64,000 bases of DNA. Origin: an uncultured Nitrospinota bacterium (lineage in GTDB: Bacteria; Tectomicrobia; Entotheonellia; J063; CAVPRW01). The notes beneath the pieces are model-generated. The model had not been told where the DNA came from and ran no database searches. It worked only from the letters and a program-made list of their open reading frames with translations. Position numbers and translations under genes: made by a program. The DNA lies in assembly GCA_963707985.1 (NCBI GenBank), contig CAVPRW010000002.1, forward strand, positions 64,001-128,000, written 5' to 3'. Below are positions 21,515 to 33,800 of this stretch, one piece after another. Positions within the stretch are counted from its first letter, which is position 1. Each line of letters starts with the position of its first letter.

Positions 21515-22420
21515 CTACAACCGTACGTCCATGGCGTCTCGCAGGCCGTCACTCAACAGGTTGAACGACATCGAGGTCATAAAGATCATGACGCCGGGGA
21601 GGGCAGCCACGAGAGGATTCACGTAAATCGACCCCCGTAGCGTGTTCAGCATCAGCCCCCATTCAGCGTTCGGGGGAGACACTCCCAACCCCAGAAAGCT
21701 GAGGCCGGATGCAATGATGACGCTGACACTGATGAGGGTGCTGGCGTACACGAAAATTGGCGCCAGCACGTTAGCGATCATATGATGCCGGATGATGGCG
21801 AAGCTCCCGGCACCACTGGCTCTGGCCGCCTCCATGAATTCCCAGCCGCGCACCTGGGTGGTGATGCTTTCGGCGACGCGGGCGATCGGGGGAGTAAAGA
21901 CGATGGAAAGCGCGATGATCGTGTTCTTCAACCCGGCCCCTAAGGCTCCGGAGATGGCGATCGCAAGCAGGATGGACGGAAATGCGAAAAAGATATCCAC
22001 CACGCGCATAATCAGCAGATTGAGGCGCCCGCCCACGAAACCAGCCGTAATACCCAGCGTTGACCCGACGAGTAGGGCTAGGAGCACCGGTGTCACTCCG
22101 GCGACTAGCGACATCCGCCCGCCATACAGTAGTCGGGTGAGCATGTCGCGCCCCTGTTCATCGGTACCGAGCACATGGCCTGGGGTGCCAACCATGGCCA
22201 GCCGTTTTCGAATGCTGCCCTGGAAAGGGTCGTAGGGCGCGAGGGAGGACGCCAGGACGGCGGATAAGATGATCAGCAGGATCACTGCTGCGGCGACGAG
22301 CGTCACCTTGTCCCGGCGCAGTCGCCACCACACCAGCTGCCAGTACGACATCGGTTTGCCAGATGGCCCTTCAAGCAGCTCTTGCGTTGGTCTGGGCTGT
22401 TCGAGCACCGTCGGGTTCAC
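21515..22420 (-). CDS. Peptide ABC permease (OppC/DppC-like)
   Basis: HVLGTDEQGRD, FMEAARASGA, LSFLGLGVSPP..EWG. Confidence 0.95.
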   Translation of the reverse strand: MNPTVLEQPRPTQELLEGPSGKPMSYWQLVWWRLRRDKVTLVAAAVILLIILSAVLASSLAPYDPFQGSIRKRLAMVGTPGHVLGTDEQGRDMLTRLLYGGRMSLVAGVTPVLLALLVGSTLGITAGFVGGRLNLLIMRVVDIFFAFPSILLAIAISGALGAGLKNTIIALSIVFTPPIARVAESITTQVRGWEFMEAARASGAGSFAIIRHHMIANVLAPIFVYASTLISVSVIIASGLSFLGLGVSPPNAEWGLMLNTLRGSIYVNPLVAALPGVMIFMTSMSFNLLSDGLRDAMDVRL

Positions 22421-22509
22421 ATCGCTCTCCCCATACCGCCATCACAGCTACGACGGAAATTCACACTGCTCATCTGCATCCGTTCATGGCCGCGACCCAC
22501 GGGCGTTCT

Positions 22510-23460
22510 CTAGGTTCGCCGAATGCGTGGATCGACGAGGCTTTGCACGATATCGACCAGAAGGTTGAGCATAACAAAGAACGACGCCAGCACGAGAATC
22601 GTCCCCTGGAGGACGGGAAAATCGCGCTGAAATATGGCTAAGTTCAAAAGATACCCCGACCCCGGCCAGCTGAAAACCGTCTCCACCAGCACTGAGCCCC
22701 CCAGCAAGTAGCCAAATTGTAAGCCCATGAGCGTCAAGACAGGGGGTGCAGCGTTCTTGACGATATGACGCGTGATGGTACGCGACCATAATCCTTTGGC
22801 ACGCAGGGTCATGACGAATTCCTGGCTCAGGATCTCCAGCACGCTGGCCCGCGCCATGCGGGTGATGACACCCATGGGAATCAGGGCCAGAGCAATGGTG
22901 GGGAGGATCATATGGCGGGCGACTTCCCCCCAGCCTGCCGACGCGGAATCGGTGCTTTGCATGCCCATCGCCGGTAACCAGTTCAATTCCACTGAGAAAA
23001 TGATGATCAGCAGAATGGCCACCCAGTAGTGCGGCAGGCTGACCCCGGTAATGGCGGCGGCGCTGAACATTTTATCCGCCCATCGTCCGCGGGAGAAGGC
23101 AGCGAAACTGCCGAGCGTGCCCCCCAGCGTAAAGCCCAGGCAGGCAGCAGCTAAGGCTAAGATAAAGGTGTTTCCCAAGGCGCTACGGATGTCCTGGATG
23201 ACCGGCCGCCTTGTGGCGATCGAGCGGCCCAGGTCGCCCTGCGCCACCCGCGATAGCCACAACCAATACTGCACGGGTAATGGTCGGTCAAAGCCCATCT
23301 GCTGCCGGATCATCTGCACCACTTCCTGTGGGGCATCGGGTGGCAACATGGCACTGATAGGATCACCCGGGGCCAGGTGCATGAGCGAGAAGACGATGAG
23401 GGTTACGCCCAGGAGCGTCGGGATGCCGAGGAGCAGCCGTCTGACGATATACCCCCACAT
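22510..23460 (-). CDS. Peptide ABC permease (OppB/DppB-like)
   Basis: LAPGDP, GDLGRS, LRAKGL, VETVFSWPG, DPRIR. Confidence 0.95.
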   Translation of the reverse strand: MWGYIVRRLLLGIPTLLGVTLIVFSLMHLAPGDPISAMLPPDAPQEVVQMIRQQMGFDRPLPVQYWLWLSRVAQGDLGRSIATRRPVIQDIRSALGNTFILALAAACLGFTLGGTLGSFAAFSRGRWADKMFSAAAITGVSLPHYWVAILLIIIFSVELNWLPAMGMQSTDSASAGWGEVARHMILPTIALALIPMGVITRMARASVLEILSQEFVMTLRAKGLWSRTITRHIVKNAAPPVLTLMGLQFGYLLGGSVLVETVFSWPGSGYLLNLAIFQRDFPVLQGTILVLASFFVMLNLLVDIVQSLVDPRIRRT

Positions 23461-23471
23461 AGGTTAACCTC

Positions 23472-24035
23472 TTATTTTTCCACCCATGGCAGCGTCAGGT
23501 CCACGAACCACGACTGCGGGTGTACAAAACCCTTGACTTTGGGGCTCAGGGCTCGTGGGTTCAGATCGTGGACGATGAACACCCACGGCGCATCATCGAC
23601 GATGATTTCGTGCGCTTTGGCCAGGATCTGGTTTTGTTTGTCGAGGTCGAACTCGCTCTCGGCCGCCTCGATCAGCCGGTCCATGTCAGGGTTAAGATAC
23701 GGCATGCGATTGGCGCCGGCTGGCGGCACAGAGGCACTATGGAAGAAGCGTACGAAGGCGCTCTGGGGTTCCTGAAAATTATAAGAGATGTTCATCCCGC
23801 CCAACTGTGCATTGTCGGGATGCATAAGCCCCTGGCGACCCCGCTGTGTGAGCGCATTCCACTCGATGGTCACGAGATCGAGATCGATGCCGACTTCACG
23901 CAGGTTCTCCTGGACCGACTCGTTCATCGGCAGGGGGAGCATCTGACCGGAGCCGGACGTGGAGATGAGCATGCTCGTCTTCACCCGTGACAAGTCCCAG
24001 CGCACCAGGGCATCGGACAAGGGGGACGCGATTGA
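23472..24035 (-). pseudogene. Internally deleted second family-5 SBP
   Basis: N-terminal remnant (DALVRWDLSR) joined directly to the C-terminal third (KTSMLISTSGSGQMLPLPMNE...LTLPWVEK); RBS AAAGGAGG remains but no start codon or signal peptide. Confidence 0.75.
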
Positions 24036-24124
24036 TTGCGCCCTCCTTTGCCTGTTGCCATGCCTGTTCCGATTGGTGGTGATCGGATCGGTGTATACGT
24101 GCACGCGGATGGGCGCAGAGCCGC

Positions 24125-25766
24125 TCATTTCTCGACCCAGGGTAAGGTCAAATCTTGGTACCACGACTGCGCCTGCACAAAACCCTTGACTTTCGGACTC
24201 AAGGCACGTGGATTCAGATCGTGGACGATGAAGATCCATGGTGCATCATCCACGACGATTTCGTTTACCTTGGCCAGGAGACGGTCGCGTTCGGCCGGGT
24301 CAAACGTGACTTCCGATTGATCGATGAGCCGGTCGACCTCGGGGTTGACATACGGCGAAAGGTTGGTGGATTTGGGCGGTGCGAAGTCGCTATGGAAGAA
24401 CCGGGTGAAGGCGCTGAAGGGCTCTGCGAAACCAAACGACACGTTGACCATGCCGATGTTGGCATTCTCAGGGTCCCGAAAGCCCTTGCGATAACGCGTC
24501 CGCAACGTGTTCCACTCGAGGGGAATGATCTCGAGGTCAATGCCGACCTCGCGCCAGTTCTCTTGAATGAATTCGTTCATGGGCAAGGGCATCATCTGCC
24601 CAGACCCCGATGTGGACGTGAGCACGCTGGTCTTGAGGCGTTTCCCGGCATACCCTGCTTGTTTCAAAAGCTCTTTAGCTTTTTGCGGGTTGTAGCTGTA
24701 CTCCTGCTTCGGCTGGCCGAACCAGGGATGTCCGGGGTAGACCGCACCCGTCGCCGGCATACACGTGTCATTGAGGAGGGCCTTGCACAGTCCCTCACGG
24801 TCGATGGCGTAATTGGCAGCCTGGCGGACGAGCTTGTTATTCCAGGGCTCGATGTTGAGGTTGAGTGAGTAGGGCCAGTTATGGGGATAGGGACGCACGA
24901 TAATTTGGAAGCCGTCGCGCTTGAGCCCGGAGATGGCGTCCGGAGGGGGCACCTCGATGAAGTCCACCTGTCCGGTGCGCAGTGCAGCCATACGCGTCGT
25001 GGATTCGGGCATGGGGAAGAGCATCAGCTTGTCGACCTTGGGCACGCGTTGTGGTATCCCAATACTCGGTGAAAGGTTCCAACTCCAGTCGCTCTCGGGG
25101 CAGAAGGCGGGCGAACTTGAAGGGGCCGGTCCCGGCAGGGTTCAGCGCGACCTTGCTCCAATCCCGACCCATCTTTTCCCATTGGGTTGGACTACTGTAT
25201 AAAATCGTGCAGACCTGGAAGAGGACGGTGCTCGAAGGACGACTCGTGGTGATCTCGACCGTGTAGTCATCGAGCTTGCGCCAGCTTTTCACCAGAGGCG
25301 CCCTCCAGATCACCTCGGCGGCTTGTTTCGGATCGTACTGGGGGGACTCTTTATTCTTGACTTTATCCAGATTCCAGATGACCGCATCAGCATTGAAATC
25401 CGTGCCATCGTGGAACTTTACGCCCTGGCGCAAGTAGAAAATCCACTTGGTCGGATCATCAGCGCGGACCTCCCAGCGCTCGGCTAGGCCGGGCATCAGC
25501 TCTGCCGGCCGATCGCCCTGGCGTAGGTCCCAGTTGACGAGGGCATCATACATCTGATAGCCGACGAAGCGTAAACCTTCGCCCCCCTGATCTGGTTGCC
25601 CTGCCGTATTCGGGATATCCGAGGCCGTCATGCCGATGCGCAGCACGCCGCCGCGACCTTGCGCAGTTGCGGTTGGTTGCCATAGCAGCAGACTGGATAT
25701 GATGAACAGGCTGAGGCTCAAGAGTATTTTTGGGCAGGGATGCGAGTGCGTCTGCACGTGCGCCAT
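24125..25766 (-). CDS. Peptide/nickel ABC SBP, family 5 (frameshift near 25050)
   Basis: Signal peptide, LRQGVKFHDGTDFNADAV, GTGPFK; ORFs 24879..25829 and 24125..25045 are two halves; RBS GGAGG before ATG 25766. Confidence 0.88.
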
Positions 25767-26036
25767 TCTTGCGTCCCTCCAAAGGCCACGGGGGCCATGG
25801 TGTGAGCAGGTCATCATGCGGTCGGCCACCGAGGACCGATTGACGACCTGCTCTCCTACACAAGAATGATGCCACGTCGGATGTGAGCATGAGAGCTGGC
25901 CCGAGGCCCGGTCATGACGCGGTGCAGCGCGATGGTGGGCACCGACGAGGAGGCAGAGATCATGCCATCATCTTACGCATGTCGCGAGAAACCAGGCACA
26001 TATGTGCCTGCGAAATATGCAGGTGGGGGTGGGCGG

Positions 26037-27011
26037 CTAGCGCTGTGCCGTCTCCAGTAAGAAACAGCGCGCCATATGTACCGACGACACGTGATAGGTT
26101 TCGGGGAAGGACTCTTGGCAACGCTCGTGCACGGACGGACAGCGTGCCGCAAAACTACAGCCTTCGGGCAGACGTGTCAGGTCGGGGGGCTGGCCAGGGA
26201 TGGGGACGAGATCACGCCCTTTCATGCCACGATGTACCGTGGCGTTCATCAGACCTTGCGTGTAGGGATGTGCGGGAGCTTTCAGCACCTGACGCACGGG
26301 ACCGTATTCGACGATGCGTCCGGCATACATCACTGCCACCTCATCGGCGACCTCGGCGGCCACCCCCAGATCGTGGGTGACGAAGATCACCGCCATCCCC
26401 AGGCGTTCCTGCAATTCCCGCAGCAAATAGAGGATCTGCGCTTGCACCGTGACATCGAGTGCCGTTGTCGGCTCATCCGCCAGCAGCAATTCTGGATTGC
26501 AGGCCAGGGCAATGGCGATCATGGCACGCTGCCGCATGCCACCGCTCATCTCGTGGGGATAGGATTTGAGCCGCCGAGCAGGCGAGGGGATCTGCACGGT
26601 TTCCAGGAGCTCTAACGCCCGGCGTTGTGCTTGTTTCCGTGACATCTCCTGGTGCCGCACGAGAGTCTCGACGATCTGCTCGCCCACGGTATAGACCGGG
26701 TCCAGGGCAGTCATCGGCTCCTGGAAGATCATCGACACCAGACCACCACGGATATCCTGCACCTCATGCTCAGGCAACTCATAGAGGTCCATACCCTTGA
26801 GCAGGATTTCTCCACTGATACGCGTCCGTACCGTGGGTAACAGCCGCACCAACGAGCGTAATGTGACGCTCTTTCCCGAGCCCGACTCACCCAGAATGGT
26901 GAGCACGCGGCCCGCTTCCAGACTAAAGGTAATGCCGTTGACGGCCTTGACGATGCCGTCCCGTGTCGTAAACTCGACCTGCAAATCTTTGACTTCGACG
27001 AGTGGTGCCAT
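26037..27011 (-). CDS. Peptide ABC ATPase (OppD/DppD-like)
   Basis: [31 protein letters not shown]. Confidence 0.95.
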   Translation of the reverse strand: MAPLVEVKDLQVEFTTRDGIVKAVNGITFSLEAGRVLTILGESGSGKSVTLRSLVRLLPTVRTRISGEILLKGMDLYELPEHEVQDIRGGLVSMIFQEPMTALDPVYTVGEQIVETLVRHQEMSRKQAQRRALELLETVQIPSPARRLKSYPHEMSGGMRQRAMIAIALACNPELLLADEPTTALDVTVQAQILYLLRELQERLGMAVIFVTHDLGVAAEVADEVAVMYAGRIVEYGPVRQVLKAPAHPYTQGLMNATVHRGMKGRDLVPIPGQPPDLTRLPEGCSFAARCPSVHERCQESFPETYHVSSVHMARCFLLETAQR

Positions 27012-27546
27012 GGGTATGGGTTCCGTTCATGATTCGCCATCAGGTGGTAAGAGCCCCCATATTGCAGGCTGGCATGACGTCTCATGGCTCGCCATGGTGG
27101 ACCGGTGGCCCCACGATGGCGGATATCCGTGTGAGCCTCGCCAGTGAGCGACGCAACTGTACCACATCCTGGCTCGATGTCTCAGGGCATAGACCCTTGC
27201 ATGGGACAAGAATGATGCCAGAACAACGTCGACGTATGGAAGGACAGAAGAGAGGCTTTATGCCTGGCCTTGGAGCCCTCCTGTCGTCAGATCCTTCCAA
27301 TAGATTAGCGTTCAACTTGCGCAGTGAGCGGGCATGCTTGCTGGAAGCTGCCGGAGAAATAAGCAGTCCGTTAGTCATACGCATGCCACATGCCAGTCAG
27401 ATCGTAGTGCAAGGCCGTATCCTCTGTATTAAGATTATTCCGTCCATCTCTTGTCTGAAGCTGAGTCCGAAGTACTTCTTACCGGCGCGATTAGATCAAA
27501 AAATATCTATTACGATCAATAATTGCTCCGTCTAACAGAAATCAAG

Positions 27547-27575
27547 TTTATCCGCTTGTTCGATAATGCTATACT
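27547..27575 (+). promoter_or_regulatory. Putative promoter of the defence island
   Basis: TTTATC-N17-TATACT with an extended -10 TGn, ~110 nt before ATG 27687. Confidence 0.4.
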
Positions 27576-27686
27576 GCGGCTCGCAAGGCAAGTGAGTGAT
27601 CTTGTTGATGTAAAGACTGAATCCATGTGGGCGAGCGTGGTAGACGCCTCAGTCGGAGGGTCTATCGGCTTCAGAAAGCTCCAACC

Positions 27687-30680
27687 ATGCCTGAGCAGGC
27701 TGCCATCACTCCTGGAATTCGCATCGTATGTCGCGACGCCGAATGGCTGGTGACGCGCGTGGACGTATCGGATTACGCCAACGGCCATTTTGCCGTCCAC
27801 TGCGTTGGCGCCGATGACCTGGTGCGGGGTCACCAGGCGATGTTTCTGACCCAGCTCGATCGCATCGAGGTCGTCGATCCGCGCCAGACACGCCTGGTAG
27901 CTGATGCATCGCATGGTTATCGGCTCGCCAAGCTTTTCCTGGAAGCACAGCTCCGGCAAATGCCCGCGACGGGCATCGAGCCCGATCTGACCGGCATGGG
28001 TGTGTTCAAACCCATGAGGTTTCAAGAGGAAACCGTTCGCAGAGCGCTGCTGCAGCTCCGCCCCCGGCTGCTATTAGCCGATGCTGTTGGGTTGGGCAAG
28101 ACAATTCAGGTGGGAATGATCCTTACCGAGCTCCTCCGCCGCGGCCGAGCCAATCGTATTCTGGTGCTGGCCAGGAAATCGATGCTGACGCAATTCCAGG
28201 CAGAGCTCTGGAATCGGTTTAACATTCCATTGGTCCGGCTCGATTCGACTGGCATCGCTCGGCTGCGTCTGCGCATTCCCGCCAATAAAAACCCTTTCGA
28301 GGTGTACCATCGGGTGATCATCAGCCTCGACACCCTGAAAAACGTCGCCCGCTATGAGCATTTCCTGAAGGACACGCATTGGGATGTTGTCATCATCGAT
28401 GAGGCGCATAATGTGGCGGGTGCCAGCGTCCCCGAGCGCCATCTCAGCTATCGCCTGGCGCGCCTGCTGGCACGCCGGACCGATAGTCTGCTCCTAACCA
28501 CGGCCACGCCGCACAACGGCAAGCGGGAAACCTTCGGCCGCTTGATCGCGTTGCTCGATCCGTCCGCTATCCCCGATCCGTCCTTTAGAGAATATGCGGC
28601 GCACGACATCAAAGACTTCTTCCTCATGCGCTTCAAGGAGGATATCCGCGTGGAAGCCGGTGGAATGCTGGCGGAACGACGTGTCGTGCCGCTGCAGGAA
28701 ACAACCGTCGAAGCCACGCCAGCGGAAGAGCGCATCTATGCCATCCTGGCCGACCTGCGTCAGGCTATGCTGTCGGACACGCCGCCTAGTCACGACACGC
28801 GTCATCAGTGGCAGGCCCAAGCCCTGCTGCAGTATGGCCTCTACAAGTTGTTTCTCTCCAGCCCTGAGGCCTGCCTCGCGACGGTCAACAAACGGCTGCA
28901 CGAACGGCAAGGAGCTATCGAGGCAAGCCCCGAGCTTCCCTACCTGCAAGAGCTCAGCACACATCTGTCAGACCTCACCATTAATCAGACCGCGCGCTAC
29001 GTGCTCTTGCAGCGTCAGCTCGAGCAAATCGGCTGGGACGGATCGGCCGCCAGTCCCCGTCTGCTGATCTTTACCGAATCGCGACGCACCCAGGACGCTC
29101 TAGCTGCTGCTCTCGCACGAGCCTTGCACCTCCACTACAGCCCAAGATTCGAGGATCAGCCGCGTCAAGTCATCGCCACCATCCATGGTGGCTGCCCCGA
29201 TATTCATCTCATGAATACTGTCGAAGCCTTCGCCACGAGAGCATCACCAGTCCGGCTACTGCTGGCCACTGACGTCGCCTCCGAGGGCATCAACTTACAC
29301 CACGAATGCCACCACATCATTCATTTTGACTTGCCCTGGTCGATCATCACCTTCATCCAGCGCAACGGCCGCATCGATCGCCTGGGGCAGACCCAGCCGC
29401 CGATCATACGCTACCTGATGGTACAGACTCAGCAGGGGCTGCTGCAAGGAGATAGGGTGATCTTCGAGCGCTTGATCAGCAAGGTCGAGGAGATCAATCG
29501 CCTGCGGCAGTCCGGCGAAAGCGTCCTCCAACTGTATGACCCTCAGGCCGAAGAGGATTACATCGCCACCCATGGTATCCTCACGGGCAATGCCCGGGTC
29601 CTGGATACTCCGGCCGCCGCCAGCGCGACGGAGTCTACCCTCCTGGAGGCAATGTTAAGCCAGGCCAGCCAGGAAGGTCATGCCGAGCTGTTGCGATTTC
29701 TCCTGGGCACATCTGACGATGCCGCTGCGGAGCAATCAACAATGGCGCCCGCACATGCCCCTGGACGCCTGCGGCTCTACTCAGACCGCCAGTTTCTGCT
29801 GGAGGGCTATCGCTATCTCGCTGAGCAAGACTCGCAGTATTTGCCCATCCAGGAGTCAGGGCCGCTACTGATCCTCAGCGCTCCCCACGATCTCAAGCGC
29901 CGCCTGGGGGCTTCTGACCAGCGCGGCGACGTCGTCTTCGGTGCCACGGCCATCCCGCAAGAAGCCTGGCCAGAGCATGACCAGTTCCGCCTGACCGATA
30001 AGCCGGAGCAAGTCGAGCTGGCTATGCAGGCAGCTCGGCAGACATCCGGGTACTGGTCACGTGAACTGCTCTGTAGCGAGCAACATCCGATCCTACACTG
30101 GCTGACCGAGCGGCTAGTGATGCAGATTCGCCGCGGTGAGGCCCCATTTGTGCTATCACGGGCGCTGGAGCCGGGAGAAGTATGCTTCTGCTTCATCGGC
30201 CAGGTGAGCTCGCGCGCTGGCACGCCGTTGATCGTCGATGCCCACGCCATCTCGTTTCACCGAGGCGGTCGATTCGTGCATCGCCCCTTGCGTGAGGCTC
30301 TCGACGCGGCGCAATTCACGCATCTGATCAATACGGGGCAGATGCTCAACCTGCAAGTTGCTCAGATGCTCGTTTCATCTGCGGTTGATGCCAGCCTGGA
30401 CCACATGCGTCGCCTGCAGCAGGAGCGTGATAGGTCCATGCGGCCGTTGCTTCACAGGGAAGAGGAGCGGCTTCAGGAGTGGCGCAAGCGCCGCCGCGAG
30501 CTGCTGGAGGAACGTATCGCCAACCTCGGCAGCGACCACCCGCAAGCCCGCCGCTATCAGCGCCTACTGGAGGAAATGGAGGAATACGTCAAAGACCGAC
30601 AGCAACGCTGGCGCGACACCCACTTTCTGCCCGTTTCCGAGCCCTCGAACCGGCTGATTCTGGTCCTTGGAGGACCATAG
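27687..30680 (+). CDS. SNF2-family helicase (DrmD-like) of a DISARM-related/ARMADA-like system
   Basis: LLADAVGLGKT, IIDEAHN, TATPHNG, ATDVASEGINL, QRNGRIDR; adjacent to a large methyltransferase. Confidence 0.88.
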   Translation: MPEQAAITPGIRIVCRDAEWLVTRVDVSDYANGHFAVHCVGADDLVRGHQAMFLTQLDRIEVVDPRQTRLVADASHGYRLAKLFLEAQLRQMPATGIEPDLTGMGVFKPMRFQEETVRRALLQLRPRLLLADAVGLGKTIQVGMILTELLRRGRANRILVLARKSMLTQFQAELWNRFNIPLVRLDSTGIARLRLRIPANKNPFEVYHRVIISLDTLKNVARYEHFLKDTHWDVVIIDEAHNVAGASVPERHLSYRLARLLARRTDSLLLTTATPHNGKRETFGRLIALLDPSAIPDPSFREYAAHDIKDFFLMRFKEDIRVEAGGMLAERRVVPLQETTVEATPAEERIYAILADLRQAMLSDTPPSHDTRHQWQAQALLQYGLYKLFLSSPEACLATVNKRLHERQGAIEASPELPYLQELSTHLSDLTINQTARYVLLQRQLEQIGWDGSAASPRLLIFTESRRTQDALAAALARALHLHYSPRFEDQPRQVIATIHGGCPDIHLMNTVEAFATRASPVRLLLATDVASEGINLHHECHHIIHFDLPWSIITFIQRNGRIDRLGQTQPPIIRYLMVQTQQGLLQGDRVIFERLISKVEEINRLRQSGESVLQLYDPQAEEDYIATHGILTGNARVLDTPAAASATESTLLEAMLSQASQEGHAELLRFLLGTSDDAAAEQSTMAPAHAPGRLRLYSDRQFLLEGYRYLAEQDSQYLPIQESGPLLILSAPHDLKRRLGASDQRGDVVFGATAIPQEAWPEHDQFRLTDKPEQVELAMQAARQTSGYWSRELLCSEQHPILHWLTERLVMQIRRGEAPFVLSRALEPGEVCFCFIGQVSSRAGTPLIVDAHAISFHRGGRFVHRPLREALDAAQFTHLINTGQMLNLQVAQMLVSSAVDASLDHMRRLQQERDRSMRPLLHREEERLQEWRKRRRELLEERIANLGSDHPQARRYQRLLEEMEEYVKDRQQRWRDTHFLPVSEPSNRLILVLGGP

Positions 30681-30755
30681 AGACCGCTCGATACTCGCTC
30701 TTGGCCGGTTTCTTCCTTTCCCTTTGGGAGAACTTTCGAGGCTAGGTTTTTCGTC

Positions 30756-30788
30756 CCCTCTCCCTCTGGGAGAGGGTTAGGGTGAGGG
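30756..30788. repeat. REP-like palindromic element
   Basis: CCCTCTCCCTCTGGGAGAGGGTTAGGGTGAGGG; related copies at 39961-40053. Confidence 0.75.
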
Positions 30789-30837
30789 AGCTGAGCGGGG
30801 GCACTGGCGCATTCGTACCCGGCCACGGAGGCTCGTC

Positions 30838-33800
30838 ATGCCGCTCGATACCTGCCTGCAGAACGTCGGTGAATACTACAGCTCGCACTATCTGGAGACG
30901 ACCTTCGCCGGCGACGTGCGTCAGCTGATCGCTAAATGGCGGCAGCAGGGCTCCCAGGCGATTCCACGTCGGCTGCAGGCCTTCGCGCAACGATATTTTC
31001 GCGCCAAGAGCCAGGCCCTGGAGGAGGATCGCCCGGAGCGGCGTTGGCAAGCGGGCGCTGACATAACCTCCTGGCACCCCTATCTTCTTGAGACGCTTGG
31101 CTATCGCAGCCTGACAGGCATGGACCTCCACGTCGAAGGCGGTACTGCTGTGGTGCCCATCGTTGGACGTATCCAGCGCTACAACCAACCGTGGCTCGTC
31201 ATCTGCGAAACCGTCTTTTGCCTGCCCGATGCCAGCCTGCGCGATGGCATGCCCAGTGAAGATCCACTAGAGTTGTCACTGCTTCAGGCGCAGGTGTGTG
31301 CCTCTGCCACCACGCTCTGTGCCGGGGACTGGAGCCATGCCATCGGCCGTATCTTCACCGACGAGGAGGCGCCACGTTGGGTGCTGTTCCTGGCCGGCAG
31401 CCTCGTCCTGCTTCTTGATAAGCATACCTTTGCTCAGGGGCGCTATCTGGCCTTTGACCTCGACGATGCCTATGGTCGCGACGAGCGCCAGACCTTCGAC
31501 CATCTCGCCGCCTTCTTGTCGGCAGAGACGCTCTGTCCTGATGGCGAGTCGGACGACGTGTTACACGATAGGCTGGAGGCGCAAAGCCATCGCTTTGCGC
31601 ACGGCGTGACGGAGAATCTGCAATTCGCCGTGCGCCAGGCCATCGAGCTGCTCGCCAACGAATGGGTGGATGATCGCCGCCGACGCAAGCTGTCCTATAC
31701 GCGGCTGTTACAACACGAAGCCCTGCCCGATGGCACCGTAGACGTCACCGCTGAGCGCATACAGCGTGAAGCGCTGACGTTCGTCTACCGGCTCCTCTTC
31801 TGTTTCTATGCTGAGGCGCGCGGCGGCGAGATGGGTATGCTACCGATCACCGACGAGGCGTATCGCCTCGGCTATAGCCTCGAGGCCGTGCGGGATCTCG
31901 AACAGGTGCCACTGACGCCGGCCACCGAAGAGGGGACGTACTTTCAGGAGCATCTGCGCCAGCTCTTCCGGATCATCCACGACGGGTTTCAGCCAGGCGC
32001 TGAGATAGCGGATCAACAAGACCTGGCCTTTGATACCATGACTCGGGCCTTTACCGTCCGGCCGCTGACAGCGACACTGTTCGACCCCAAGAGCACCCCT
32101 TTGCTGGACCGTACCCGCCTGACCAATCGCTGCCTACAGCAGGTGATGCGGAGCCTGTCGCTTAGCGTAGACGAGGATTCCCACAGCATTGGCCGGGTCA
32201 ACTATGCCGAGTTGGGGGTCAACCAATTGGGCGCCGTCTATGAAGGTCTGCTCTCGTATAAAGGCATGTTCGCCGACCAGGAGCTGATCCAGGTCAAAAC
32301 GGCTAGCGGCAATTTCCGGGATCCGAAGACGCCGACCTGGTTCGTTCCCAAAGATCGCCTGGGGGAATTCGCGCCCAGCGAGGTCGAACGTCTCGCCGAT
32401 GGCAAACCACGCCTCTATCCGATGGGCACTTTCATCCTGCATCTGTCTGGGCTCGACCGCGAGCAGACGGCCTCATACTACACGCCTGAGGTGCTCACCA
32501 AGGCCCTGGTGCAAGAAGCCCTGCGCGAGCTCCTGCACGACTATACACCCGAGGATGCCGACCGCATCCTCGCCTTGAAGATTTGCGAGCCGGCGATGGG
32601 CAGCGGCGCCTTTGTAAACGAGGCGACGACGCAACTAGCCACCCATTACCTGGAGCTGAAACAGCAGCAACTGGGGCGAAGCCTCGATCCCGCCCGCTAC
32701 CTCGATGAGCTTCGCCGGGTCAAGCACTTCCTGATTACACGCAACGCCTATGGCGTCGATCTGAACCCCATCGCCGTCGAGTTGGGAGCATTGTCGCTCT
32801 GGCTCGGCGGTATTCATCGCTTGCTGGTCAAAGAAGGGGAGCAAGGCGGTCCAGACCTCTACCAGCCTGGCGCCACCCCCTGGTTCGGCCTGCGGCTGCG
32901 CTGCGGCAATAGCCTCATTGGCGCCCGCCGTGCCGTGTGGACGATCGAGCAGCTACGACAGGGGCAGCATGCCAGCGCCGAGGCGGTGCCTCCCAGACTC
33001 TTGCGGCCCGGCGAGGCGCGCCAGCCGGATGAGGTGTACCACTTTCTGATCTTTGCCGCTGACATGGTGCCCGCCGCCCGTGATGCACTCATGCGTCAGC
33101 ACTGGCCCAGGCCTGCACCGCGGCCAGGACATGGCTAACGAAGCAGGTGCGGCCGAAATGGTCTGAGCCCGAGATCGCGCTCTTAAAAACCATCTGTGAC
33201 GCCATCGATCGACATTGGGCCAGCTATGCCCAGGAGCGTGCCCAGGCGTTGGAAGCCACCGCCTGCACCGCCAGTGTCTGGCCGACGCCGTCTGATGCGA
33301 TAGCGGCGTTGCGTCCTGGTCCGAGTCTCGACGAGCAGGAACGGATTCGCGCCCGCCTGGAGGCCGAAATCGGCAGCTTCCAACGCCTAAAACTGCTCAT
33401 GGATGCCTGGTGCGCCCTGTACTTCTGGCCGCTGGAGGCAGTGCAAGACCTCCCGACGCGAGCAGCAGTGGCTGGCGGCTGCCGAGCTGGTGATGGGTGA
33501 GGGAGTGCGAGATGCAGAAACGCGGCAGATGCTCAGCCTGCATCTGGGCATCGACATCGAGGCACTGTTCACGGCGACACGAGGTGATCTACCATCGACG
33601 CCCGACATCGCCGCACTGGTGCCCTGGTTCGACCACGCAGTCGTGATGGCGCAGGAGCAGCATTTTCATCACTGGGAGCTGGTGTTCCCCGAGGTATTGG
33701 GGCCGGCGGTGCCGGATCTGCCACCGCCGCGCGGCTTCGACCTGATTTTAGGGAATCCGCCGTGGATCAAAGTGGGCTGGAACGATGCGCCGCTATTGGC

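Noticed and set aside
27020..27686. Integrase, tRNA or att site at the left edge of the defence island
   Set aside because: None recognisable, and no matching direct repeat was seen at the right edge.
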